Source of the DNA: Macrostomum lignano
Lineage: Eukaryota
Length of the DNA stretch: 41,841 nucleotides
Assembly (NCBI GenBank): GCA_002269645.1
Contig: NIVC01004565.1
Location: forward strand, 1 to 41,841
Direction: 5' to 3'
The position numbers and the translations under genes are program-made. Positions 1-12,409 of the stretch are shown piece by piece. Position 1 is the stretch's first letter. Each line of letters begins with the position of its first letter. The notes beneath the pieces are model-generated. The model did not search any database. It had not been told where the DNA came from and was given only the letters and a program-made list of their open reading frames with translations.

Positions 1-1460
1 CTTTAGTTATCAAGCTCAAGTTTTGCTTGAGCAAATGAGCAAATGAGCAAAAAACTTTTTTTTTTAATATTTAAACTACTGTACGTAAGAACATATATTC
101 ACGTATGCTGGATGCATAAAAGTGTATGCCACTTTTTGATCGATTTTCGACTTTATAAACAAGATCTAATAGGACGTAAAGCTTTAAAATTAAAAAATAG
201 ACATGTATAATTACTCGTTCTTCTACGAATGTTCATGATTGATACAGTACATGAATTTCATGGTGTAATAAAGAGTGCATATGTTTAGGCTACATGTACG
301 TACGTAGCCTAGTAGCTAGCTGGTTGCACAATTCGCACGCGATGAGAAGAGTTAAACAATTTTATAATTCCAAGAAAATACCGTCCCGTGAAAGGTTGTC
401 AATCGTAACGAATGAGTGAAAGTCTAAGTTGTTGAGCTATACACGAGCTACAAGCGTTTAGTCCATCTTCACAATACAACAAATATCAACCTGCGTAATG
501 AATTATTACTGTTAGCAATTCTAATTTAAAGACCGCAAGGCTAATGAAAATTCAATAAACTCAGTTTTTTACTGTGCTTTGATTTACTACTCTTGTCGGA
601 ACCTTTGTTTTATTTACTACGATAAAGAAAATTTTATTCAGTTTAAAACAGACATCCTTCGTTTCGTTTGCAATTTTAAGGTCGACGAATACGAATACGG
701 TCGTACATACTGGAATAAATTTACTATGTCGAATGTAGTTTCTAAAAAATAATCCTGGTTGAACCCACAAGTTTTTGGTGAATATGAATTGACTGGAAGT
801 CCTACAAATCCAATTTGTTGAGACTTAAAGCACTCGATTTTTCTCTATCTTTTATTTCTGATTTGTGAAGCAAGAAAGATTTTTTTGAGCTTTTTTAGTT
901 CAATATGTAGCTTTTTATAATTTTCTGTATTATATTGCAGTTACTAACGCTAGATTATAAAAAGTTTATTAGCGAGAAATAAAATTATGAATCCAATTGT
1001 TATGTTATTGTTTTTAAAGCAAAAATACTTCAATTGAAGATTTTGATGTTCATAAGTAAACTTTTTTTAATAAAGCACAATGACTGCTAATAACTTAGAT
1101 ATAGCTCAATTCGGATGTAAAAAGCGGTTATTATTTATCGTAAAAATAAAATTCTATCTCATATCAAAATCACAGCTGGCAAAGAAAAAATAAAAATCTA
1201 CTAACACTTAAAATATTTAGCAATATATCATGGACTTTAAGGTTGTTTTAACGTACTTATTTTACAAGTTCTATGAGAGATTATAGTTTACATCATGCAG
1301 TCTTGACTAAAACAATTTTAACAACTTACGAGTAATATTTGTTTTAAACTTATAAGACGATAGTTTAAAAGTTACTACAACAATTTTGCTCAAATTTTCA
1401 GCAGAATAACTTTCTTTAAACACTGAAACTAATAAGTTACAGCAGCCGTACATAGCCTGA

Positions 1461-1659
1461 ATGGAACGGCACAGACCAGTCAGAACGGTGTCGCAGCCAG
1501 GTGGAAGCAAGTTTATCACTCTCGGCAAACTGCTCAGGCCATGGAAATGGGGCAAATCGGGCGCTAAAGACAGCGGCAACTCGAGCGATTCAACGCAGAA
1601 TTCTGATGGATCCAGTCAATCGTCCAGCCTGCGAGATGTCCGGGGAGAAAGAGGCACTG
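1461..1659 (+). CDS. PHACTR: PHACTR (phosphatase and actin regulator) coding exon 1
   Basis: SKFITLGKLLRPWKW matches the conserved PHACTR N-terminal motif (KxATLGKIFKPWKW). ATG at 1461 is preceded by an in-frame TGA. Donor CTG|GTGAGC after 1659, phase 1. Confidence 0.85.
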
Positions 1660-1849
1660 GTGAGCTGCTCAATGCTTGTTAATATTGGTGCATAAGTCAA
1701 AAGATGCAAATGAATCGTGACATTTGCCAGCAGAATTTTTTGCCAGCCGACGTTGTACTAATCCTAGGTTCACATTTCACATGTATATTAAATAATGCAT
1801 CTATGTCTAGCTCAACATACTGTGCGTGTACATTTTTAGAGACAGGGGC

Positions 1850-2203
1850 TGTGTGCACCCTGGTGCACTTTAAGCGACATTGTAACACAACCGGCGAGAG
1901 GAATGGCTGCCCATTCCACCGACTCCCCTGAGCAGGCACACAAGCGCGCGGATACGCACGCAGTTATACGCACAGGCACACACTCACACAGGAGTGTACA
2001 GCGGCCCTAACTTTATTTATCGTTGGGCATGTACACTTCACTGTGCCTTGGGGGTTGGCCCTCGATCAATGGCGTCAATTGCCCGAGCAGAGCCAAGCCG
2101 AGATTCCAATCTAGTCCCGAATTAATGACTGCACTTGGAATCGAGTCTGGGCCGCTGGCACATCGGAGCGCCGCGCTATACCACTGGGCTACTCCCCCCC
2201 CCC
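1850..2203 (-). mobile_element. tRNA-headed SINE-like element (second family, degenerate)
   Basis: On the minus strand: A-box TAGCCCAGTGG (2191-2181) and B-box-like GACTCGATTCC (2147-2137) with tRNA-like spacing, followed by a non-tRNA body. The 3' boundary is approximate. Confidence 0.5.
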
Positions 2204-3647
2204 ACGTACATGCACATGTAATACATGCATACTTGGCTTCCGTTCAGAATATCCAAAAGGATATTTGCAGTGTGGTATATCTCATCAGAATGCTAAACTC
2301 AAATTTTAACATTTGTTTAGTACATCTCGTACTTGCAGAGAGTGAGGATTGAATGACATTGAGAAACCTAGGTTTTTGATGAGGTTTTTATTTCATCATG
2401 TAGTATATATTGCAAGCGGATTTTCGTTCGACATTTTATTGTGTTTTCATGCTCAAGCTCAATTTATACTTGTTTATTGAGCATCTGCAACTTGCAAGGT
2501 CTTTGGGTTACTATAGTCACTAAAACTTCACAAGCAGCATGGAACAATTGACCCAGCCCCAAAAATGGAACACCTGTTTGGAGTTCTGTTGGTGAGATGA
2601 TTTATCAACCATATTTAGTGTGTTGATGGAGTCAACGGAGAGTCTCGCGGACCGCACTGAGGTCGGAAAGGGCACCCTTAAGCCCGTGCAACATTCCGAC
2701 CTTCGCCAACGTACCCAGCGTAGCTGGATGTCGCATTACGCCGACTGGAAACGACATCAACGAGTAGTTATTGAATACCTTTTTGTGTTAAAAGTCGCTG
2801 GGAAAGAAGCTAAAGGGGCTGAACCAAACTCTGGACGGTACGAGCGTACAGTAGTCTCAAATTCAACCAGTAAAGTTTATCGAGCGTAGGCAGTCTTAAA
2901 ACATTCAGTTTTGCAGCGCACTGCGGCACAGACGCGGTTGCATCTCCCTGCCCTGACGGCCCGTGTTTACAAAACCAGAATTATCATTTTAGCTCGTATA
3001 CGTGAACCACAGTTTGTCAGAACTGTGTTTGAAAACCTTAAACATTTTCTAGCAGCTAATCGTGAACGGAGATGGAAAAGCTTGCTTGCTAGCATATCTA
3101 CACTGCCTTGTATTTTCGAAGGAATGGACTGCACAAACAAGTTTTGTAGTACGCTCGTTACAAGCAATGAGGTGCAGACAGTGCAGTGTGCGGGCTCCAA
3201 AATCAGTATTAAAAAATTGCCGTCATGCTTCCATCATGAGGTTAGCAGGTAGCTCTAATTGCTGCCACGCCTGTATAGAGTAGCGAAGGCGCACGAAAAA
3301 ATGTAGTTAATTATAAATTGCAGGATACGGCCGGTACCGTAGTCAGCTGCTCATCGCAGGCTCAATGGTGGAATCAACTAGAAAATACTCGTACCTCCGA
3401 TTCAATTTTTTTAGACTGGATTAAGGCGTCCCTTTTTCTACCGTACATTCAAAGGTTGCTTCTTTGACGGAATTTAAACTCTCTTTCTCTCTTACTGAAG
3501 TAGTTTCCGAGATCTACTTTCAGAGCGATTTCTACGAGCTGTCTCGAAGACATTACTTTTCCCTTTCCAGTGGCTTCTGCAGGAATTTTATTTGGAGGGG
3601 ACGCAAACCTAAGGGGCACCAATATTTGCTTTCTCTTGGTGGGGGGG

Positions 3648-6281
3648 GGCTTGTCTCCTAGTGGGCGCCCTTTGGTCTTTCTGGGTGTGGGCGCCCCTGT
3701 CTCTTGGTTGGGCGCCCCTGTCTCTTGTTGGGCGCCCTTGTCTCTTGGTTGGGCGCCCCTGTCTCTTGTTGGGCGCCCCTGTCTCTTGTTGGGCGCCCCT
3801 GTCTCTTGTTGGGCGCCCCTGTCTCTTGTTGGGCGCCCCTGTCTCTTGTTGGGCGCCCCTGTCTCTTGTTGGGCGCCCTTGTCTCTTGGTGAGCGCCCCT
3901 GTCTCTTGGTTGGGCGCCCCTGTCTCTTGTTGGGCGCCCCTGTCTCTTGTTGGGCGCCCCTGTCTCTTGTTGGGCGCCCCTGTCTCTTGTTGGGCGCCCT
4001 GTCTCTTGGTGGGCGCCCCTGTCTCTTGGTGGGCGCCCCTGTCTCTTGGTTGGGCGCCCCTGTCTCTTGTTGGGCGCCCCTGTCTCTTGTTGGGCGCCCT
4101 TGTCTCTTGGTGGGTGCCCTTTGTCTTTCATGGTGTGGGCGCCCCAGTCTTTTAGTGGGCGCCCCTGTCTCTTGGTGAGCGCCCCTGTCTTTTGGTGAGC
4201 GCCCCTGTCTCTTGGTGGACGCCCCTGTCTCTTGGTGGGCGCCCCTGTCTCTTGGTGAGCGCCCCTGTCTCTTGTTGGGCGCCCCTGTCTCTTGGTGGGA
4301 GCCCTTTGTCTTTCTGGGTGTGGGCGCCCCTGTCTCTTGGTGAGCGCCCCTGTCTCTTGGTGAGCGCCCCTGTCTCTTGGTGGGAGCCCTTTGTCTTTCT
4401 GGGTGTGGGCGCCCCTGTCTCTTGGTGGGTGCCCCTGTCTCTTGGTGGGTGCCCCTGTCTCTTGTGAGCGCCCCTGTCTCTTGGTGGGTGCCCCTGTCTC
4501 TTGGTGAGCGCCCCTATCTCTTGTTGGGCGCCCCTGTCTCTTGTTGGGCGCCCCTGTCTCTTGTTGGGCGCCCCTGTCTCTTGTTGGGCGCCCCTGTCTC
4601 TTGGTGGGAGCCCTTTTTTCTTTCTGGGTGTGGGCGCCCCTGTTTCTTGGTGAGCGCCCCTGTCTCTTGGTGGGAGCCCTTTGTCTTTCTGGGTGTGGGC
4701 GCCCCTGTCTCTTGGTGAGCGCCCCTTTCTCTTGGTGGGTGCTCTTTGCCTTTCTGGGTGTGGGCGCCCCCGTCTCTTGGTGAGCGCCCCTGTCTCTTGG
4801 TGGGTGAACCTGTCTCTTGGTGAGCGCCCCTGTCTTTTGTTGGGCGCCTATGTCTCTTGTTGGGCGCCCCTGTCTCTTGGTGGGCGCCCCTGTCTCTTGG
4901 TGGGCGCCCCTGTCTCTTGGTGGGCGCCCCTGTCTCTTGGTGAGCGCCCCTGTCTCTTGTTGGGCGCCCCTGTCTTTTGGTTGGCGCCCCTGTCTCTTGG
5001 TGGGCGCCCCTGTTCTGGTGGGCGCCCCTGTCTCTTGGTGAGCGCCCCTGTCTCTTGGTGGGTGCCCCTGTCTCTTGGTGAGCGCCCCTATCTCTTGTTG
5101 GGCGCCCCTGTCTCTTGTTGGGCGCCCCTGTCTTTTGTTGGGCGCCCTTGTCTCTTGTTGGGCGCCTCTGTCTCTTGGTGAGCGCCCCTTTCTTTTGGTG
5201 AGCGCCCCTGTCTCTTGGTGGACGCCCCTGTCTCTTGGTGGGCGCCCCTGTCTCTTGGTGAGCGCCCCTGTCTCTTGTTGGGCGCCCCTGTCTCTTGGTG
5301 GGAGCCCTTTGTCTTTCTGGGTGTGGGCGCCCCTGTTTCTTGGTGGGAGCCCTTTGTCTTTCTGGTGTGGGCGCCCCTGTCTCTTGGTGGGTGCCCCTGT
5401 CTCTTGGTGAGCGCCCCTGTCTCTTGGTGGGTGCCCCTGTCTCTTGGTGAGCGCCCCTATCTCTTGTTGGGCGCCCCTGTCTCTTGTTGGGCGCCCCTGT
5501 CTCTTGTTGGGCGCCCTGTCTCTTGGTGGGAGCCCTTTGTCTTTCTGGGTGTGGGCGCCCCTGTCTCTTGGTGGGTGCCCCTGTCTCTTGGTGGGTGCCC
5601 CTGTCTCTTGGTGAGCGCCCCTGTCTCTTGGTGGGTGCCCTGTCTCTTGGTGAGCGCCCCTATCTCTTGTTGGGCGCCCCTGTCTCTTGTTGGGCGCCCC
5701 TGTCTCTTGTTGGGCGCCCCTGTCTCTTGTTGGGCGCCCCTGTCTCTTGTTGGGCGCCCCTGTCTCTTGGTGGGAGCCCTTTTTTCTTTCTGGGTGTGGG
5801 CGCCCCTGTTTCTTGGTGAGCGCCCCTGTCTCTTGGTGGGAGCCCTTTGTCTTTCTGGGTGTGGGCGCCCCTGTCTCTTGGTGAGCGCCCCTTTCTCTTG
5901 GTGGGTGCTCTTTGCCTTTCTGGGTGTGGGCGCCCCCGTCTCTTGGTGAGCGCTCCTGTCTCTTGGTGGGTGAACCTGTCTCTTGGTGAGCGCCCCTGTC
6001 TTTTGTTGGGCGCCTATGTCTCTTGTTGGGCGCCCCTGTCTCTTGTTGGGCGCCCCTGTCTCTTGGTGGGCGCCCCTGTTCTGGTGGGTGCCCCTGTCTC
6101 TTGGTGAGCGCCCCTGTCTTTTGTTGGGCGCCTATGTCTCTTGTTGGGCGCCCCTGTCTCTTGTTGGGCGCCCCTGTCTCTTGGTGGGCGCCCCTGTTCT
6201 GGTGGGTGCCCCTGTCTCTTGGTGAGCGCCCCTGTCTTTTGTTGGGCGCCCCTGTCTTTTGTTGGGCGCCCTCTCTCTTGG
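3648..6281. repeat. GC-rich minisatellite, about 20-bp unit GGGCGCCCCTGTCTCTTG(G/T)T with 21- and 25-bp variants (PHACTR intron 1)
   Basis: About 2.6 kb of directly visible tandem units. Variant units GAGCGCCCC... and GGGAGCCCTTTGTCTTTCTGGGTGT are interspersed. Confidence 0.97.
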
Positions 6282-7838
6282 AAAAAAAGTTGAATAAGTG
6301 GAAAAAGTTGAGCTTTTGTTTTAGTTCAATTTTTGGGGAGGGGCGATCAAGGGCGGAGTGTCCCCTGGCCCTCCCTTTCTGTCTTTCCTCCCTACAGTTG
6401 TTCAGGTGTGTACATTCAGCTGTACATACAATGGTGGATGGTGGCCCACGGTTCACTAATCGTGCTAATTGAGAGTCAGAAGTCGCAGAATGGCTAAGGT
6501 ACACTTGGGTTTCCAGCTCTGGTGCAATAAATTTGACGCAAAACTGCGCAATTCCGAGGGCCTTTTACGAATCTCTCTGCCAGGGCTGCCTGACAGGACA
6601 GAATGAATTAAATCGAGCCTGATGCTGAAATTGGTCTAAAAATTAATAAAATCGCTCTATAATTGCGAAATATCTAATATTCTACAAGTTTTAATTTGAA
6701 CCGAAAAAATCATAACCGCTACTTTCGACTACTATAAGTAGTAAGCATGTGCACATTTGGATTCTCATAGCTCTGCATTCTCAAGTATTTAATAAAACAT
6801 TTTATTAGTAGTGAGGCATCTAGGCTCCCATTACAGTACAGTAATCTGCATCAGAGTCTCGTGTTGTATTCTAAATTATTCACATTTTCCCGTGCAGTTA
6901 CTTTCCTTCTCGCTCCGCATGTCTATTAGAGTTGTCTCCGTGCAGCTTTTATTGGCCAACGGTCACCATCTGACCACATGCACACGGATGCAGCAGGCCT
7001 TGCCCTCAAGCATATTACTGCGAACATCTTATAATCCTTCCTCTCTGACAAGTCGCGGCAATCAAACCTTCTCGTTTTGCTCCTTTCTATTAAGTTCGTC
7101 CTGTACAGTTCATAAATAGCTTATGACGAAGTTAAAGAACCTAAATAAAGGATCAAAAGTCCCTGAGTGACCTCAGGCTGTACAAAACAGATACAGAAGA
7201 TCTTCTGTGTCATTCTAAATACCGGCGGATTCGTCATTTAATGAGCCTCAACTATACAATTCTGCCGTGCTAAACGACTGCAATAAGCGAGGCTTCGTGC
7301 ACTTGAAAAACGGAGTCGCAGGAGGCAAGAGATTCTATGCTGTACAGAGCTTGCTGGTTTTGAAAGTCTCGTGCTAGGTCAAACTGCCCACACGCTCGTA
7401 AAGTTTAGGCTATTAAAACCGCCGAACTACCCTGTGCATTCGCGGCCTCACTCAACCAAACACACACTCTCTCTCTCTCTCCCGCATCCAACTCGACTAG
7501 AAAAGAAAATCTGTGGAAAGAGAGAATCGGGGGTCGAGTGGGGTACGCAGGGCCTGTGCAAGGAGAAGTATAGTGTGACATTTTACCGCGTACAGAGCCA
7601 GAGTTCTTCTGCGAATAGAGCTGACACCAAAAGCATTCGATTGTAATACTGGAGTCGACCAAATCTTCCTTTACAAACTGATCGCTTCTTATCTTGGAGT
7701 TTGCCCGCATGGTCTGTCTTCTTCTTTGCGACTAAACTGCGATAATAGCAAGCTGACTTTGCACGCAGCCAAGGGAACGATCAAATCTTTTGCAACAGTC
7801 GGTTTCAACGCGCCAGCTCAGATCTTCTCTGTCAAAAG

Positions 7839-8099
7839 AGGCCCAAGAGCTGCTGCAAATGGGCTGCGTCCAGTCCTGCAGCCGACGTTCGAGGGAGCTG
7901 AACAGCTCTGCGACGGCTGAGGGGCACGACGGCTATGACCCGTCCGAGCCGACGGCCACCTCGGCCAAGTACATTTACATACCGCCAGTTCACACAGAGG
8001 CCGCGCCTGTTGAACCAGACTCTACCGAAAGGAACAACCCAAACAGTTGTCAGGACTCAAACAATAATGGCCGGGACGAGAGCGGCAACGATGCAGGAG
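7839..8099 (+). CDS. PHACTR: PHACTR coding exon 2 (acceptor uncertain; alternative near 7769)
   Basis: Open frame EAQELLQMGCV...DESGNDAG. Acceptor TCTTCTCTGTCAAAAG at 7838 keeps phase 1. Donor GAG|GTATTT after 8099. Length 261 nt. Confidence 0.55.
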
Positions 8100-8354
8100 G
8101 TATTTTAACTCTTGAAGCTTAGGATTATCAAGGACTTTGGCTTCATGTTCAAGTTCCTTTTACCGTTGATTGTTGCTCTCACTCTGAGAACAGGAATTTT
8201 ATCTAAGAAATTGATATTTCAAATCATCTACGTGTATTTAATATTTAGGTTTTATTAGAAATGAGCTGGAGGCTGTTAAAAGAGCAAAGTACGTGTTTGA
8301 GTTTCTCTAGAGGAAGCATAGTGCTGTATGGACTTTTTCCATAGACAAATGAGT

Positions 8355-8965
8355 GGTCTGTGAAACCTCCACAATAGCTATCCGGCCGCTCAAGGTTTGT
8401 GTCTCATCTCAGCTCTCTTCTTTCTCTCTCTTCTCTCCTCTCTCATTTTCCCTTCCCCTATCGTCGCTCTCTCCTCTCCCCTATAGTCTCCTCTCCCCTT
8501 TCGTCTCTCTTCACTCATCTCCCCTCTCCTTTCCACTCGCCTCTCTCCCCTCTCCACTCTCTCCTCTCTCCTCTCTCCCATCCCCTCCCCTCTCTCTCCT
8601 CTCTCTCTTCTCCTCTCCCCTCTTTCCACTCATCTCCCCTCTCCCCTCCTCCTCCCCATCCCCTCGTCTCTCCCCTCTCTCCACTCATCTCCCCTCTCCT
8701 CTCTCCTCTCATCTCTCCCCTCTCCCCTCCTCTCCCGTCTCCTCTTTCTCCTCTCTCCCATCCCCTCCCCTCTCTCTCCTCTCTCCTCTCCTCTCCCCCC
8801 TCTCCCCTCCTCTCCCGTCTCCTCTTTCTCCTCTCTCCCATCCTCTCCCCTCCTCCCCCATCCCCTCGTCTCTCCCCGGCCTCTTCAAGCTCCTCTCCTC
8901 TCTCAGGCTCTTGCGCTAGATACTATTTCTAGCATTTAAGGTTCGAAAAAGTTTACCGACCCCCT
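8355..8965 (-). mobile_element. hAT-like non-autonomous element with internal CT/GA microsatellite (copy A)
   Basis: Terminus reads CAGGGGTCGGTAAACTTT on the minus strand (hAT/Charlie-type end). About 500 bp CT-rich tract. The inner flank TGTGAAAC..CAATAGC.ATCC.G.C.GCT.AAGG is shared with copies B and D. Confidence 0.6.
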
Positions 8966-9413
8966 GGCTTAGAAATTGAATTCTCCGTCCAGTTTACTTT
9001 TCTAATTCTACCTTCCCCTCTTTTTCATCCTAGGGCAAAACAGGAATTAATTAGCAGAGTTCGCAAATTCCTGTCTAAACCTAGCGGATAACAATATGAG
9101 ACACGGTGCTTCCTTACCTCCGCACTGTAATATGACCCTAAATGTACATAACTGGGTCTTTTAAAGTTCAAATTAACACAGTCGCTTTTATTCTGAGTGA
9201 TAGGAACAGTCATTTTAATATTTTCGTGCAAGACACGACTATAGAAATTCGTTCGATTTTGTAACTGCCAGAAGCCTTCAGGTTTGAATGGCATTTTGAA
9301 GCAATAAACACGTGACCTGAGAGACTCTATACTCTCACTCAGTGCTACTCCGGTATCATTGAAGCTGAGCTATCCTGATCAATTGCTGAGCTCTAAAAGC
9401 TGCGACATGACAG

Positions 9414-9596
9414 CAGCAAGCTACACTGACTCAAATCTCAATCCACCCACAGTTCCGCCGGACCATCGGGTCAGTCAGCAGCAGGTGACGTCATCAAACC
9501 ACCACAATGGTCCGTCCGCAGTCACAGATGGTCCAGACTCTGTGGACAACTCGGCCAACGGAGTTCGTAGGCCTCTTCAAGATGCTACATCGCCAG
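9414..9596 (+). CDS. PHACTR: PHACTR coding exon 3 (acceptor uncertain)
   Basis: Open Ser/Pro-rich frame AASYTDSNLNPPTVPP...QDATSP. Donor CAG|GTATTT after 9596. The phase-1 acceptor TGACAG at 9413 is weak. Length 183 nt. Confidence 0.5.
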
Positions 9597-9650
9597 GTAT
9601 TTACATGAGCATGCGTTTCATTCTCTTATATCTACTTAAACGTGTAGATA

Positions 9651-9961
9651 GGGGGTTGCAGCCTAGTGGTCAGAGCGTCGGACTCACGACTTGAAGGTTA
9701 GGGGTTCGATTCCCTATCCCACTATGAACAATTTGTGTCCTTGAGAAAGACACTTAACTCTGCATCGCTTCAGTTCACCCAGCTGTAAAATGGGTGCCAG
9801 CATTAGCTGGGGTAACTGAGGGTGTGTGTGGCGACCCCCCAGTCCCTGGACTGAACAGCCGTACTCAGTCTTCAGATGCGCCGCGCAATAGCTGCGGCTG
9901 AGCTGTCGGTTGCACATCTGGCCCAATTGGGGCAGGTGTAATCAATGATTATATTATTATT
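9651..9961 (+). mobile_element. tRNA-derived CORE-SINE, copy 1
   Basis: A-box GCAGCCTAGTGG, B-box GGTTCGATTCC, CORE-like block TGTGTCCTTGAGAAAGACACTTAAC...CAGCTGTAAAATGGG, ATT tail. Flanking direct repeat TTAAACGTGT at 9636-9645 and 9960-9969. Confidence 0.9.
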
Positions 9962-10506
9962 AAACGTGTGTTTTTTCAATTGGTTTGGTTTGGTAACGTT
10001 GACTGTCTCTTCTGTTTCGACCAAATTTGTTCAAATTATCTTTTAAACTGTTGAACTTGCTGCGCAAATCGAGAACCATATGCAAGGTTACATTGTTTGA
10101 CAGTAAACTCTAGTTCAGGGCAAAATTGTGGTGCCAGGTAGCAAAACAATTAATCTCGAACCTGATAAGTCTGATGATTTGACGTACTGAAGCAGTTCTA
10201 TTTCTGAGGGTCTACAAAAACATTTTTAAGTAATACTTTATATCATTTCAACAACTGTATTTATTTTGAACCAAAATGCGAGCTAAAAGCAACTGCATTC
10301 AGTCTAAATTTAGCACCCCGGCAGTCTTAAACCAGCTTACCATGGCATTCCTATCAGACAACCAAAGCTAACCCAACCCGTTCCTTGCTTGCGATTAAAG
10401 CAAAAATCTATTTATGTATGGTTGCTCCCTTGGAGTCTGATTTCTATAAGAAGACGTATACCATCTGTGTATTTATTTATATTTTTGTCTAAAAACGAAC
10501 CTGCAG

Positions 10507-10665
10507 CATTCTCAGCATCCTCTGCAGCCTCATCAACATCCGCATCAGCAGCAGCGCCAGCAACAGCTTTGGCTCTGTTGAAGCCTCGCAGTCGAGTGCC
10601 GATCAGCCTCGGGGAAAGCGTTGCTGAGACGCAGGCGTTGCCGGAAATTCATTGTAAGGGAAATG
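10507..10665 (+). CDS. PHACTR: PHACTR coding exon 4
   Basis: Acceptor CCTGCAG at 10506 after a T-rich tract. Reads AFSASSAASST...IHCKGN. Donor ATG|GTATGA. 159 nt, phase 1-1. Confidence 0.6.
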
Positions 10666-11360
10666 GTATGACGTGGCAGAATAACACGCTTGCAGAGATG
10701 CACTTTTATTCGGACAATGACGGATTAGTTTGACTTTACCAAGCATCAGCTCAGCGGCAACGCGTGGATTGTGTTTGCCGTGTGACTCACTCACGGTGTC
10801 TAGCCTGCCTGACGAGACAGTCAGTACATCCTGAGTGAGCGTGTGTCTGAGCGCGAACTAACAAACCAACTAAAGAGTCATTACCAGGTTTTTCGCCTTT
10901 CTAATGAAGAAACTTAGACTGGAAAACTCTTCAGAAAAGCAGGCTTTCTAAATCGATTTGCAGACATTTTACTATTCAACAGCATTTCTGTTGGATATGT
11001 CACTTAATTGCACATCTGGCACCCAACGTTCTCAAATTCTGTCAAGCTGTATGCTGCTTAAATCTCAGAAAATATTCTCTAGATGACCAAGTTTTCAAGT
11101 CAAGAGAGGCACTCAAATATGTAATTGTAGCTTTTTGACTCTAACCAATTGACTAACAGCATAGCAACAACCGAATGCTCGACTCCCCTGCATCCCCTGC
11201 ACTGCACCCGAACTGAACTGTTTCAGGAAATTGGCACGAAATGAAATTCATGCACGCTTCAGACAGGTTAAATATAGATTGATCAGTGCAGAGAGAGTGC
11301 AGTGACTGCTACAGGCCACGCCAAATCCAAAGCCCCACATTTTCTTCTCTGACACTCCAG

Positions 11361-11468
11361 ACTCTACTAGTCATAGTCAGCCGCAGCAGCAGGAGTTCCT
11401 GCCGGTTGTCACCTTCAATCAGCCAGCAGCTTCGGTAGCAACAGTAGTGCCTGCCTTGGTAGTCAATG
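11361..11468 (+). CDS. PHACTR: PHACTR coding exon 5
   Basis: Acceptor TTTCTTCTCTGACACTCCAG and donor ATG|GTGAGT. 108 nt, open: DSTSHSQPQQQEFLPVVTFNQPAASVATVVPALVVN. Phase 1-1. Confidence 0.7.
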
Positions 11469-12409
11469 GTGAGTCTTTCTAAGCACATTTTTTTACAGTA
11501 AAAGTTGCAGTTCTACCGTAATGATTTTAATCTATGAACTATGCTTTGTAAGGCACATTTATTCCCTTTTACATCTAAATAATCTTAGACGGTAAATCTC
11601 GTGACCAGAAGACATGAGTCCGGGGTAATCCTTAGCTGCAATTCGATTCGAATGCAACTCCGGATTAGAGTAGGTATATACCTCGAGATCTATTATACAA
11701 TAGAATGTTGCAGCTTAGCACTCTATCCCAACCTAAATGAGTAGCTATCGAATTACACTATAGCTCCCCTGTCAAGAGTCAGGAGTCAGAGACAATTCAT
11801 AACAGTGTAGGTCGATATACTTGCATGCAAGAGGGGGGGGGCAGAGCCACTGAGCGGTAAACGGGTCTGAACGCCCCGTGTCAGCGCTTGTACGCGTGGC
11901 TACCTTGCGCTTTGCGTCATTGTGCATCTCATAACCCTCCTGCAAATATTTAATATTTTAGGGACGAAGCAGGGTGTGTATTAATTTGACTTAGTTTGAC
12001 CGAATTATTTCATCAACCGGCTTAAGTTTAACCGCAAAACCTTCCACCAATTCATATAAATCCCCATTTCTACCTTTAGTTTATGTCTCAATACATTGGA
12101 TCACCAGCAATGATCTCACTTTAAATAGATAGAAGAGCGGCTGTATAAAATGAAACAATTATTTTGTGCAAATTGCCCACCAAGAAAAAAACAGGACTGA
12201 AGCAATTATGATGAAGATCGGTTGCAGAGAAAGGGAACGGAGTTTATACCATACCACATCGCGTGGGAGGGCGCTTCGGAACTGAGGAGCCTAAGCATGT
12301 AGAAAACCGGGAGGTGGGGTGCGGCTTCCTGATAAGCGGAGCGAACACAGAATCTTCCCTTGGTCTAACACGGGTCGCGCGGTCCATTTGACCCAATTCG
12401 CCAATGCAG

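Noticed and set aside
2620-2889. 89-aa ORF as an extra PHACTR exon
   Set aside because: The nearest acceptor gives phase 2, whereas the upstream donor is phase 1. No family motif.
3658-6504. 948-aa minus-strand ORF and the many plus-strand WAPLSL/GRPCLL ORFs
   Set aside because: By-products of a minisatellite whose units lack stop codons. The start is a GTG, there is no domain content, and it lies in PHACTR intron 1.
8353-8932. Ser/Pro/Leu-rich and Glu/Arg/Gly-rich ORFs (also 22383..22751)
   Set aside because: Translations of CT/GA low-complexity tracts.
9651-9725. SINE heads as functional tRNA genes (also 17060-17130, 19177-19250, 2130-2203)
   Set aside because: A and B boxes are present, but there is no coherent cloverleaf and each runs into a shared SINE body.
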